From a virus (taxonomy: Duplodnaviria > Caudoviricetes), in IMG/VR virus record IMGVR_UViG_3300036823_000134, positions 1-52,176 of that record: DNA of 52,176 nucleotides; one strand, written 5' to 3'. Below are positions 9,477 through 19,700 of this stretch, one piece after another. The first letter of the stretch is position 1; every line of letters begins with the position of its first letter. A model generated the notes under the pieces. The model was given only the letters and a program-made list of their open reading frames with translations. It made no database searches and was not told the DNA's origin. Both the position numbers and the translations under genes were made by a program.

Positions 9477-9799
9477 AGCAGATAGTAATGCCTGCAATCT
9501 CACAGCAGTACATTCGAGCACGTGTGCGAGCGTTTGATGTCGATGGTAATGAAACAGACCCCACGAATGCAACTGCGACGTGGGCGTTTACTGTTGACAA
9601 CAGTGAAGTGCAGGTTAGTGACTGGCAAGCAGGTGACTGGGAAACCGGAACCGATGCTAATGGGAAGCCGCAGTACTACGCACGGTACTTGCAGGAAGCC
9701 AATGTCTTCACCGCAGGAGTGCAGTATGCTATGTGGTTGAAGGTTGATGGAGTTACTGAGGCGCCAGTGATGCTACTGGGTAACCTCAACGTAGTGTAA
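9473..9799 (+). CDS. Small Ig/BppU-like virion protein (possible appendage anchor)
   Basis: 108 aa, beta-rich, follows the fibre gene; start overlaps its stop. Confidence 0.55.
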   Translation: MKQIVMPAISQQYIRARVRAFDVDGNETDPTNATATWAFTVDNSEVQVSDWQAGDWETGTDANGKPQYYARYLQEANVFTAGVQYAMWLKVDGVTEAPVMLLGNLNVV

Positions 9800-9847
9800 C
9801 CGGTATATACTAATACGTTGTTTCCCAAGTTGACCATATAGTATACT
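9794..9847 (+). promoter_or_regulatory. Putative late promoter with an upstream conserved box
   Basis: TTGTTT(9818)-N18-TATACT(9842); 9794-9820 matches 51674-51700 at 22 of 27 positions; RBS GGAGGAGG follows. Confidence 0.75.
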
Positions 9848-9867
9848 AGTAGGGAGGAGGTTCCTGA

Positions 9868-10896
9868 ATGGCTACGATGTCCTTCCTGGTCGATATGGCC
9901 AAGGTACAGCTCAACGAATCCGGGCCCACCTGGATTCAGGGTTTCCCACTGGGCACGTGGCATCACCCAGCGCACGGCGAGATCAAGATCACTCCCGAGC
10001 GTGTCAAGCGGTTCGCCGAGGGTGTTGCGAACCGCGTACGTGGTCAGGATCTGAACATTGATTACGACCACCAGACGGGTGAAGCTGCAGGTTGGGTTCG
10101 TGCAGCAGAAGACCGTGGCAACGATGGCCTCTGGCTCAACGTTGATTTCACGCCGACTGCACGCCAGCAGTTGTCCGAGAAGAAGTACCGATACTTCAGT
10201 CCGGAGTATCAGGATGAATGGGAAAGCCCCGTCAGTAAGCAGAAGTTCACTGACGTACTGTTCGGTGGTGCTCTCACCAATCGGCCGTTCCTCAAGGGGA
10301 TCGTGCCGATCAACCTGTCCGAGGCATTCGCCGAGGCGTTGAAGGGAGATCCAGTGGGACAACCGCCCACGCCGCCGACGCCCCCAGCGCCGACGCCTCC
10401 GACGAATACTCCGCCAGCTCCGGCACCTGTCATGCTGACTGAAGATCAGTTGAAGGAAATGCCCTTCATCAAGACGCTCATGGAGCAGAACAAGACGCTG
10501 ACTGACACGGTCAAGACGTTGGGTGAAGCTCACAAGCTGAGCGAGGCCAAGTCGCAGTTGAGTACTCTCAACCAGCCGACCAACGGTCACGCTCTGTCGA
10601 GTGCTGTACTTGATCAGGCAGCTGTTATGCTAGCAGATCCAAGCAAGGCAGCTTTGGGCATCACGACGATCTTGCAGGCTGTCAGGGACGGTAACGCTCT
10701 AGTTCCTGTAGGTGAGACTGGTGGTCAGCGTACGCGCCACGAAGATCCTGATGCGATCAAGCAGTTCATGGAACTGGTAACCAAGTACCAGACGGACCAC
10801 AAGTGCGACTACGCTATGGCTGCAGCGGCAGTCCAGCGTGAGAACGTACAACTGGCCGAGCGGTACTCCAACGCAGTCATGGCGAAGGAGAACTGA
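9868..10896 (+). CDS. Capsid maturation protease/scaffold (Mu gpI-like)
   Basis: IDYDH...AAGWV, YRYFSPEY, GGALTNRPF; Pro-rich linker and helical scaffold C-terminus. Confidence 0.9.
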   Translation: MATMSFLVDMAKVQLNESGPTWIQGFPLGTWHHPAHGEIKITPERVKRFAEGVANRVRGQDLNIDYDHQTGEAAGWVRAAEDRGNDGLWLNVDFTPTARQQLSEKKYRYFSPEYQDEWESPVSKQKFTDVLFGGALTNRPFLKGIVPINLSEAFAEALKGDPVGQPPTPPTPPAPTPPTNTPPAPAPVMLTEDQLKEMPFIKTLMEQNKTLTDTVKTLGEAHKLSEAKSQLSTLNQPTNGHALSSAVLDQAAVMLADPSKAALGITTILQAVRDGNALVPVGETGGQRTRHEDPDAIKQFMELVTKYQTDHKCDYAMAAAAVQRENVQLAERYSNAVMAKEN

Positions 10897-10897
10897 C

Positions 10898-11359
10898 ATG
10901 GCCGGTCCGAACATGATTCTGGACAAGGGCTTTTACCTTGACCCTGCGTCGACTGCGGTCAACTTCGGTTGCGCTGCAGTATTCGCTTCAGTGTCAGGTG
11001 GTAACTCTGGTGTTCTGGGTGACACTGTAAAGTCCGCTGCGACGAGCGACGGTGCAAACTTCGTTGTCGGCATATATCAGGAAACTCTGGATGCTGTGAA
11101 GGTTAGTACTGGCAAGGCCACAGCCAGCGTTCGCGTGATGGGGATTTCCCGAGCTGTATCTGATGGTGCTGCAGCTATTACGGTAGGTCAGTCGATCGTA
11201 CTGTCGGCTGCGACTGCCGGTCAATTCAAGGGCGCCGCTACTGCAGTTGGTAACCAGAGGATGGTTGGCGTCGCAATGAGTCCGGCTGCTGCTACGGCGG
11301 GAGCGGTCTTCGACTTGCTCCTGACGCCAGGTGGACAGCTCAACACGGCAGCTAGCTGA
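10898..11359 (+). CDS. Capsid decoration/cement protein (DUF2190-like)
   Basis: Ala/Gly-rich ~153 aa, immediately before the capsid gene; RBS AAGGAG. Confidence 0.7.
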   Translation: MAGPNMILDKGFYLDPASTAVNFGCAAVFASVSGGNSGVLGDTVKSAATSDGANFVVGIYQETLDAVKVSTGKATASVRVMGISRAVSDGAAAITVGQSIVLSAATAGQFKGAATAVGNQRMVGVAMSPAAATAGAVFDLLLTPGGQLNTAAS

Positions 11360-11376
11360 CAAGGAGGAGGTGAAGC

Positions 11377-12369
11377 ATGGCGGTTTACAGTCCTTCGGGA
11401 TCTGGGCAGGTCCACATTGATATTCTGCTTACGCAGATTTCGATGCAGTTCCCGTTGAACCGGAACTACGTGGGTCCCAACCTCTTCCCGCAGGTGACGG
11501 TCCAGAAGCAGTCGGACAAGTACGGCATCTTCGATCGTGAGAACTTCAAGCTCGAGGCGCACGACGTCCGTGCTCCTGGTGATATCGCGAACGAGATTCC
11601 TGGTCTGCGGTTCTCCACAGACACGTACTACTGCAACGAGCACGCTCTGCAGATCGCGATCACGGATGAGGAGCGGACTAACGTCGATGCTCCCCTCCAG
11701 CCCGACATTGACGGTACCACTTTGGTGACTGACCGCATCATGTTGGGTCGCGAGAAGAAGATGCATGACTTGGCAACCACAATCGGTAACTATGCATCGG
11801 GCATGTCTGCTAACTACGCGAGTTCGTCTACTTCGCAGTGGAACGACTACGTGAATTCCAACCCCATCCAGGACTTCCGTACGGCGTGCCGTGCTGTTAA
11901 TGCTAACATCTTCATGGATCCTAACCTGGCGATCATTCCCTACCAGGTCATGTCGTTCCTGGAGGATCACCCGGACTTCATCGAGCGCATCAAGTACTCG
12001 GAGAGGGGAGTCATTACGGAAGAGATCATTGCCACAGTGATCAACATCTCCAATATCAAGGTGCCTTCGGTCGGCTTCTCCAGTGCTGGTACGGGTGTTC
12101 CTGTCACCACGTCGTCTGTTGGTTACATGTGGGGCAAGGATGTCATCATCGCATATGTCCCACCATCGGCAGGTCTCCGTCAGATTAGCTTCGGCTACGA
12201 ATTCGTGTGGCCGATCGGCGGCACGCAGCAGCTCGTGGATCGCTGGCGTGAAGAGCAGCGTGTGTCTGACCTCGTCCGGGTTAGGCGACGCTACGACCTG
12301 AAGCTGACTGGCGGCGAAACTGCCAATCAGCAGCTGGTTGGCTTTCTCTACAAGGCAGCGATCGCGTAG
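11377..12369 (+). CDS. Major capsid protein
   Basis: 330 aa, strong RBS AAGGAGGAGG, LFPxVxVxKQSDKY motif of phage capsid E-like proteins; position in the head module. Confidence 0.9.
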   Translation: MAVYSPSGSGQVHIDILLTQISMQFPLNRNYVGPNLFPQVTVQKQSDKYGIFDRENFKLEAHDVRAPGDIANEIPGLRFSTDTYYCNEHALQIAITDEERTNVDAPLQPDIDGTTLVTDRIMLGREKKMHDLATTIGNYASGMSANYASSSTSQWNDYVNSNPIQDFRTACRAVNANIFMDPNLAIIPYQVMSFLEDHPDFIERIKYSERGVITEEIIATVINISNIKVPSVGFSSAGTGVPVTTSSVGYMWGKDVIIAYVPPSAGLRQISFGYEFVWPIGGTQQLVDRWREEQRVSDLVRVRRRYDLKLTGGETANQQLVGFLYKAAIA

Positions 12370-12569
12370 TGGCAAGTGGTGACATCGCTTATAGTCAGAG
12401 CGGTCTGAATGTCGTCAGTAATGGAACGAGTGGTAATACGCTGACTACGACGTTAAGCAATGGTACCGCGCAGAATGTTACAGTTGTATCTGTTCATTCT
12501 GTCCCTACCGATTCGACGTTTCATCAGGCTGGAGATCCTACGTACACGGTAACGATTACGGAGGACTAA
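12369..12569 (+). CDS. Hypothetical virion protein
   Basis: 66 aa, Thr/Ser-rich, coupled start and stop. Confidence 0.6.
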   Translation: MASGDIAYSQSGLNVVSNGTSGNTLTTTLSNGTAQNVTVVSVHSVPTDSTFHQAGDPTYTVTITED

Positions 12570-12760
12570 TGGCAGGCAAGCTCAAGGGTGGACAGTTCGT
12601 CTCTAAGACTGTTGCTAATGCTGCTCTTGCGAAGTTGTCGGGCAGTCCTGCAGCTGCAGTTCCTACGGGCAAGGGCGGGAAGAAGCGCAAGAGGCGCGGC
12701 TCGCCAATGGCTGGCAAGAGCGGCGCAGGCGTTGCAGCAATGAAGAACCCAGGTTACTGA
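12569..12760 (+). CDS. Small basic (Lys/Arg/Gly/Ala-rich) protein
   Basis: 63 aa, no acidic residues, GGKKRKRRG tract; RBS GGAGG. Confidence 0.65.
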   Translation: MAGKLKGGQFVSKTVANAALAKLSGSPAAAVPTGKGGKKRKRRGSPMAGKSGAGVAAMKNPGY

Positions 12761-12761
12761 T

Positions 12762-13010
12762 ATGTCCAATGCTTACCGAGTTGCAGCGGGGAACTACGTT
12801 TTGTATCTTCCGGCGCACAACTCGGTAAGCAACCCTAACGACACATTCGACGTGCGTTGGCGTTCGGCTTACGTCGTTTCGGTAACCGATCAGAGCAATC
12901 TTGTCCTTGCAGTTCACAGATCTGACGGCAGTTTCGTAAACCTTAACGCTGGAGAAGCTGTTCCGAAACGAACAGCACATGGACAGACAAACGTTTGGAG
13001 GCCTTACTAA
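12762..13010 (+). CDS. Hypothetical protein
   Basis: 82 aa, tightly packed in the operon. Confidence 0.65.
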   Translation: MSNAYRVAAGNYVLYLPAHNSVSNPNDTFDVRWRSAYVVSVTDQSNLVLAVHRSDGSFVNLNAGEAVPKRTAHGQTNVWRPY

Positions 13011-13252
13011 TGGCTAACCAGTACGTAGCCAATACGCTTGTCGGCATCGATGTGCCTGCTGATGACGTCGACAGCGGTTTCAAGACTGCCTGGTACGAAA
13101 AGGGTGAGGTCATCGAGGCGCCTCACGCTAGTGCTATGAAGGAAGAAACACTGCGAACTATGATCAACGACGGTTCAGTGCTCGTGCAGAACATTCGTAA
13201 TCAGCCGGCCGAAGCTCCTGCGCCCAATGACCCGCCGAAGGACAGCAAGTGA
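13010..13252 (+). CDS. Hypothetical protein
   Basis: Start MANQYV overlaps the upstream stop; RBS GGAGG. Confidence 0.65.
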   Translation: MANQYVANTLVGIDVPADDVDSGFKTAWYEKGEVIEAPHASAMKEETLRTMINDGSVLVQNIRNQPAEAPAPNDPPKDSK

Positions 13253-13740
13253 GAATCACTCCAGCAGATGTGCAAGCTTGGTGCGAACCCACCAAGCTGC
13301 CTATCGCTGAGCTGGAGGATGTTCTTGATACACAGGTAGAAGCTCAGGTGATGGGCACGCTCGAAGCAGGCTTCGACGTGTCCCCCTGGGTTGATACTGA
13401 TACTACGCCTCGGATCATTCGTAATGCTATCGCAATGAAGTACGCTTCATTGCTTTATGACAGAACGTATTCTGAGGACAGCGACAGTAGTAATGCCTGG
13501 GCAGCACGTCTTGACATGATGTCAGACGACCTGATATCAGGCATGCTCGATGGCAGTGTAACAATTGATGGATTTGTGAGTGCTGAAGAGCATTCTAATC
13601 CTGAGGCATATCCTACCGATCAATCTTCCACACCTATGCCTGAACGTGACGGCTTTCGGAACGTGCAATGGTCTCCGAATCACATTAGTGGCGATCCTTC
13701 CGCGCAGCCTCCTGCCTTTTCAGTAGGGATGAGGTTCTGA
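13249..13740 (+). CDS. Head-to-tail adaptor
   Basis: Position; helical Mu gp36-like pattern ending FSVGMRF. Confidence 0.65.
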   Translation: MRITPADVQAWCEPTKLPIAELEDVLDTQVEAQVMGTLEAGFDVSPWVDTDTTPRIIRNAIAMKYASLLYDRTYSEDSDSSNAWAARLDMMSDDLISGMLDGSVTIDGFVSAEEHSNPEAYPTDQSSTPMPERDGFRNVQWSPNHISGDPSAQPPAFSVGMRF

Positions 13741-14243
13741 TGGCGATCACAGGCATGGTAGTTGATTACGGTTTTCACCCGAGCCCGCTGATTATGGCAG
13801 GCGAGATGGAGACGTTCGGCCTGAACGTTCGATCGTTCCGCGAACCCCTTACGCGTGCTGTCAAGCAGGTCATGATTCCCTCTATCCAACAGAACTTCAA
13901 CGTCGGTGGTCGTCCTGCATGGCAACCTGTCAGTGATGCTACTGACCAGATCAAGTTCGCTGGCGGCTTCAATGGTGGTCCACTGATCCGCACAGGTACT
14001 CTGAAGCGTAATATGGGCTACCAGAGCATGTGGACAATCGACAAGAGTCAGGCAGCGATTCAGGACTTGCCTGAACGTATTGCATACGGAAGTGTACATC
14101 AAGCAGGCTCTTCATCTGGTTCGGGCAGGGGTTCTAACATTCCTGCCCGACCTTTTGCTACGATCCAGGATGCAGACGAAGAACGCATCGAAGATGTCTT
14201 CGCGACCTGGCTCGCCGAAAGAGCGGCGGCTGTCGGATGGTAG
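13740..14243 (+). CDS. Virion morphogenesis / neck protein (Mu gpG-like)
   Basis: GGRPAW, LIRTGTL, YGSVHQAG, IPARPF motifs. Confidence 0.85.
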   Translation: MAITGMVVDYGFHPSPLIMAGEMETFGLNVRSFREPLTRAVKQVMIPSIQQNFNVGGRPAWQPVSDATDQIKFAGGFNGGPLIRTGTLKRNMGYQSMWTIDKSQAAIQDLPERIAYGSVHQAGSSSGSGRGSNIPARPFATIQDADEERIEDVFATWLAERAAAVGW

Positions 14244-14692
14244 ATCTTACAGATAGTCTTGTAGCCCTTTCTGACTTCCTCTTCAACTTGGTGGAAGACA
14301 ATAAGGTGCCACTAGGCATCATTGATACGTTTTATGGCGAGCAAATGAAGTATCCGCATACTCCTGCAGTATCGATCGAGACAGATAATAAGGCGCGCGA
14401 AATCGATGGTGCTCCACGTCGCACGTTGAACACACTTACTGGTTATATCATTGTATATCACAGCCCTGTGTCGGATGTGCAGAAGACGCGTAGGGATGTA
14501 GACTTAATGGCGGAGGCCATTGAGAAGCTGGTCCACGCCGACAGCACGATGGGCGGCTTGGTTATCCATTCGCTGGTAACAGAGATACAGTCAGGCTATC
14601 AGAATAGGCCTGGGACACAGTATCGCTCTAGTCGTCTTACAGTAGTAGCGACTACGCAGTCCCAACTTCCCCTAGCGAGGCGACCAATATGA
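14237..14692 (+). CDS. Tail terminator
   Basis: Position; P-A-V-x-I and DSTMGGLV motifs. Confidence 0.65.
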   Translation: MVDLTDSLVALSDFLFNLVEDNKVPLGIIDTFYGEQMKYPHTPAVSIETDNKAREIDGAPRRTLNTLTGYIIVYHSPVSDVQKTRRDVDLMAEAIEKLVHADSTMGGLVIHSLVTEIQSGYQNRPGTQYRSSRLTVVATTQSQLPLARRPI

Positions 14693-14994
14693 GCGACGAA
14701 CAACCAGAATGGACGATCGAGATCGACCTGCAAAACGTCCCCGAGGGCATCCCGGTGGAAGTTCATGGTCTGGGTTCCTTCAAGAACGGTGGCACGTACG
14801 GCATTCCTAATGAGATGGTTAATCTGTACAGGTTGGAACGTGCCGAGCGTGATGCAGGAGGCAACGTAGTCAAGGGTCAGAAAGATCCGATGACTACTAT
14901 GAACCATACCGACGGCATCATGATCTATCCGACAGCTGGCGGGCGCCCGGAAAGCCGTGTGGGTTCTGAGAGTGAAGAAGGGGTTGCGCAGTGA
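14689..14994 (+). CDS. Hypothetical protein
   Basis: 101 aa, overlapping start and stop. Confidence 0.65.
   Translation: MSDEQPEWTIEIDLQNVPEGIPVEVHGLGSFKNGGTYGIPNEMVNLYRLERAERDAGGNVVKGQKDPMTTMNHTDGIMIYPTAGGRPESRVGSESEEGVAQ
14955..14968 (+). repeat. Dispersed 14-bp motif copy
   Basis: CCGTGTGGGTTCTG. Confidence 0.75.
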
Positions 14995-15932
14995 CTACTC
15001 CAGGCATTGGTGGCTCCGGATTCATTGGCGTTGCCATCGAAACTACGTCAGGCACGTACTCACCTCCGACCAAGTTCTTCCCGATCACGTCCGAGACGTT
15101 GAAGCAGATGCAGGACACCCAGTATCGCACTCCGATTCGGCACATGGTCGACATCCTAGGAGCCGTACAGGGTGACGTACACATTGAAGGCGACATCGTC
15201 ATGGAGGCACTGGTCGATGTCTTCCCGTACTTCCTCGACGTATCTCGTTGCACTCTAGTCAAGACGGGTTCTAGTTCTCCCTTCACCTACACTGCAACAC
15301 CCACAGCGGTTGCGCTTCCGACTAAGACAATGTCGATCACTATTGTCAGGAATGGCATTGTGATGGGCTACGTTGGCTGTTCCGTGTCACAGTGGAAGCT
15401 GGAGATCAACAACGGTATCCTACAGGTTACGTGGTCAATGGTAGGATTCAACGAGGCAACTCAGTCCGTTCCGTCGGACACGTACACCAATGGCGTTCCG
15501 TTCGGCGAGGGTATGTACGATGTCGAACTGCCCACAGGGACGCCTGTGTTTGACTCAGACACGTTTGACTTTACGGTCAATGACAATGGCACGCCAAACT
15601 ATCGCATGCGAAGCGATACTGTTGGAGCTTCGTTCATCAACTGGGGAGAACGACAGGTAACGTTCGACTACACTCGTGACTTTCTGAGTCGTGCTGACTA
15701 CGATGCATACAAGGCGTTGTCTGTCTTCGGCTCTACGTTCAAGGCAACACAGAATGCAAACAACAGTATCGCAGTGACATGTCCTGCATCGATCCGTGAT
15801 ACTCACGAGACCAACCTGGACGGACAGGGTAACCTGATCCGCTCGAAGATCGCCTACAAGTCGATGTGGGACGCAGGAACCTCTCGTCCGTACCAGATTG
15901 TAGTGATTACTACCGAGAATATGGTTCCATGA
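14991..15932 (+). CDS. Major tail (tube) protein
   Basis: GVAIETTSGTY...P motif; 313 aa; precedes the chaperone and tape measure genes. Confidence 0.85.
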   Translation: MTTPGIGGSGFIGVAIETTSGTYSPPTKFFPITSETLKQMQDTQYRTPIRHMVDILGAVQGDVHIEGDIVMEALVDVFPYFLDVSRCTLVKTGSSSPFTYTATPTAVALPTKTMSITIVRNGIVMGYVGCSVSQWKLEINNGILQVTWSMVGFNEATQSVPSDTYTNGVPFGEGMYDVELPTGTPVFDSDTFDFTVNDNGTPNYRMRSDTVGASFINWGERQVTFDYTRDFLSRADYDAYKALSVFGSTFKATQNANNSIAVTCPASIRDTHETNLDGQGNLIRSKIAYKSMWDAGTSRPYQIVVITTENMVP

Positions 15933-15933
15933 T

Positions 15934-16044
15934 GTCTATGAGAGTCTAACAACTGAATGATCATGCCCTATAGTTGAGTAGCTGAGCAGTAAGTCCAAGC
16001 GAGCAGACCCAGCGTAGAATCGGTCTATCGCTCAAGTCTACGAG
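15934..16044 (+). repeat. ~112-bp intergenic element, copy A
   Basis: GTCTATGAGAGTCTAACAAC...CGGTCTAT...AAGTCTACGAG; homologous to 26327-26438 and, reverse-complemented, to 43406-43518. Confidence 0.85.
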
Positions 16045-16088
16045 ATTAGCTAATCAAGTAATCTTGGAGCCCGCGTCCAAGGAGAGCA

Positions 16089-16493
16089 ATGCCAATCGCG
16101 ACAGTTAGTCAGGATGCTGAGAAGTTCCAGTTGAAAACTGCACCACCCGATGGTTGGGTCTCGCTGAAGCGTATGACCTACGGGCAGAAGCTGACCAGGT
16201 CTCAGACGACGACCAAGATGTCCATCCTCATGAGGAAGGGACAGAAAGACGCACAGGGTTCGCTGGAGACGTTGCAGATGGCAGCGGCTATGCACGACTT
16301 CCGGGTGTGTGTTGTAGATCACAACCTGGAAGACTCTCAAGGGCGGAAGCTAGACTTCAACAGCCCACAGGATGTGTCAACTCTCGACCCACGAGTCGGC
16401 GAAGAGATTTCCACCTACATCGACAAGCTGAACAACTTCGAAGAGGATGATGAAGAGGGAAACTTGCCGAGCGCATCCGACAAGCAGTCCTGA
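16089..16493 (+). CDS. Tail assembly chaperone (G)
   Basis: Lies between the tail tube and tape measure genes; ends EEGN at a slippery site. Confidence 0.85.
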   Translation: MPIATVSQDAEKFQLKTAPPDGWVSLKRMTYGQKLTRSQTTTKMSILMRKGQKDAQGSLETLQMAAAMHDFRVCVVDHNLEDSQGRKLDFNSPQDVSTLDPRVGEEISTYIDKLNNFEEDDEEGNLPSASDKQS

Positions 16494-16738
16494 GGAACGA
16501 ACAGGACATAGGGCCGCTTGTCGAGTATGCTATAAACATTGGACGTACATGTAGAACGTTCCAGTGTCTTCCTTCGGCAGGTGGCTTGCTTGATCAGGAT
16601 GCGCGTGACGTGTTCTTTCTCCAAATCGTAGCGGCAGCTGATAACGAGAAGGCGGAGATCGAACGTAAGGCGAATCAGGAGATGAACCGTGGGCCTGGGA
16701 ACCAGAGAGCTCCTTCTTATCATTCGCGGACAGGATGA
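16457..16738 (+). other. Programmed -1 frameshift (G GGA AAC, 16457-16463) and GT extension ending at 16738
   Basis: The -1 frame is open: KLAERIRQ...CLPSAGGLLDQD...RTG*. Confidence 0.85.
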
Positions 16739-19700
16739 ACTGTCAAAAGTTCTTCGTGGCGTCGGCGGATCGATGGGAACTCTTTCGGCTCAGGCCCAGC
16801 AAGCAGCACAGAAGCAAATGGCCCTTGGCAGCGCCATATCAACCGTAGGTGTTGGTATGGCTGCTGTCGGGGCCATTGGTGTCAAATGGCTCGGTGACGC
16901 GGTAAGTACGGCAAAGACGTTTGACACTGCTATTGCACTAGTCAAGACACAGGTTGACAATGTTAATACTAGTCAGCAGCAGTTGGCAACGGTCTCCAAG
17001 AACGTTGCGAAGAGTATTGCAGCGCCAATCGATCAACTGAACGCTTCGCTGTATGACATCTTCTCTTCGATGGATGTTACAGTTCCACAGTCGCAGCAGA
17101 TCCTCACAGGATTTGCTAAGGCAGCTGTTGCCGGTCAGGTCGATGTGCAGACGGCTGGCCGCGCGACGATTGCAATTCTTAATGCTTGGCATCAACCAGT
17201 CTCAATGCTGAGTCAGGACTTGGACGTCCAGTTCCAGCTGGTGAGAAAGGGTGTTGGTACATACCAAGAATTCGCTCAGTCTATTGGTCAGGCGATTCCG
17301 TCTGCGCAGCGAGCAGGTCAGAGTATCCAGACACTAGCTGGTATGCTAGCGTACTTGACTCGTAACGGTTTGAGTACGTCTATGGCAGCAGCATCTGCAC
17401 AGCGCGCCTTGGATGCATTCTCGAACCCGAAGGTTGTCGATCGCCTCAAGGGTATGGGCGTCGCCGTCCTTAATAATAAGGGCGGCTTCAATGACTTTGG
17501 AGTTGTGATTGACCAGCTACAGAAAAAGCTGGCCAACATGACTGAGCCGCAACGTACTGCCGCCTTGCAGAACCTATTTAAAGGCGCAGGCGGTACGATT
17601 CAGGCGATGCGCTTCTACGACACTGTTACGCAGAGTTCAACAGCTGTAAAACAGTTCACTTCACTAACCGACGACATGAAGAACTCTTCCGGCGCACTCA
17701 ATACAGCGTACGGTACCATGTCGAACACGATGACTGCCAAGACGCAGCTGTTGAACAACCAATATCAGCTTCTGAAGGTCAGTGTAGGTAATGCACTGAT
17801 TCCAATCTTGACAAAACTGATTCCAGTCATCCAGGGCATCTTCAACTGGTGGAATAGTCTGTCGGGTAGTACGCAGAAGATTATCGTTTGGATCGTCGCA
17901 GCAACGTCAGCCTTCTTCTTGGTTGGCGGTGCGATTCTCTTTATCGCTGGCACCTTCATTATGCTGAGTGCGGCTGCTGCATTAGCCGACGTTGCTTTAG
18001 CTCCAATCATTCTTACAGTCATCGCAGTCATCGCAGGCCTGGCACTTCTAGGCGTAGCTGTCTATGAATTGATTACGCACTGGAACCAGGTGGCCAGCGC
18101 TGTCAAGTCCGTGTGGGTTCCGGTAGTCAATGCCTTGGGCGCTGCCTGGAACTGGCTCTGGAAGACAATTCTCAAGCCGTTGTTTACATGGCTCTGGAGT
18201 CAGGTAGGCGGACCGCTTACCTCACTCTGGAACTCCATGAAGAGTGACGTCTCGAGTGCAATGGATGCCATTCACCAAGCTGTGACAGGTTCGATCGGCA
18301 AAGTTGGCCAATTCATCAACGAGATGATAGCCAATGTCACTGACTGGTGGAATACACACTGGCAGCAGATCAAAGGCACTGTTCAGATCTTTGTCAACTT
18401 CTGGACAGCGATCTGGCCTTACATGCGAGGCTTCTTCAGTAACATTCTATACGCGATCATGGCTACGTTCCGCAACGTTTGGGACTTGATCGCAGGCATC
18501 TTCCATGATGTATGGGCAGGCATCGTCGGTGTCATCAAGGGTGCATGGGAAATTATTTCTAGTGTCATTCGCGGTGCGATCGACATTATCGAAGGCATCT
18601 TCGGTCTATTCTTCGATATCATTACTGGCAGGTGGGGGCAAGTATGGGGCGACATTGTTAAGATCCTCAAGGGTGTTTGGGAGATCATCCGAGGTGTAGT
18701 GGCAGGTGGCTGGGAGATCATCGAAGCCATCTTCAATACTGGTGGTAGGATTATTGGTTCGGTCTTTACCTTCGCTTGGCGTGAACTAGTTGTTCTCTTC
18801 AAGGCAGGTGTAGGCCTTGTAGGTAATATCTGGGATGGCTTCGTAGCAGGTTTGGAGCAGGCCTGGAAAACGGTTTGGAATTCAATTATCGACTTCTTCA
18901 AGGGTGTTGCACGGAGTATTGGCACTCTTGTTAAGGACCTCGGCAGTGCGATCGGTTCAGCCTGGAAAAGCGTTGAGAGTGCATTCGTTGCACCCATTAA
19001 CTGGGTGATCGACATTGTCATTAACGGTGCACTGATTCCGTTCTGGAATAGTGTTATGAACTACCTAGGACTCCAAGGTTTGTACATGCACGACTTTTCG
19101 AAGATCGGAGGCCATAAGGAAGGTGGCCTAATTTCAGGTGCGGGCTCCGGAACAAGTGACAGTATTCTTTCCTGGCTATCAGACAAAGAGTTCGTTGTTA
19201 ATGCCAAGTCGACAGCACAGTGGCTACCATTCCTACATGCAATCAACAACGGTATGGCACCCGGATTTGCTCAAGGCGGGCAGGTCAATGCTAATGTTAG
19301 TCAGGTTCTAGGAAGTGCAAGCATCTCCAAACAGGCATCGACAGTTATTAGCGATCCATATAACGCTGTTGCATCTAAGGGCAACATAGCTAACAACTGG
19401 CTAGTAGCTGGTGCGACTTCAGGTTTGAGTCTTGTCAATAGAGCAGCTAACTTCCTCGTAGGGAAGATTACTAAATTCCTTGGCAGTATTGGTAATGCAT
19501 TCCGTGCTACGCCAGGTGGTTCGCCTTCAGCTGCACAGTCGACAATGTATCAGTACGCTTCAACTCTGTTCAGCCGCTACGGATGGGCAGCCCGAGATAA
19601 CCTTCCTGCACTGATTAGGTTGTGGACAAAGGAATCCGGCTGGAACCCGTTTGCAGTCAACAAGAGCTCCGGTGCTTATGGTATCCCACAGGCTCTAGGT

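Noticed and set aside
11221-12375. Long antisense ORFs (also 9676-10590 and 45242-46006)
   Set aside because: Mirror frames of GC3-biased genes with no recognisable motifs
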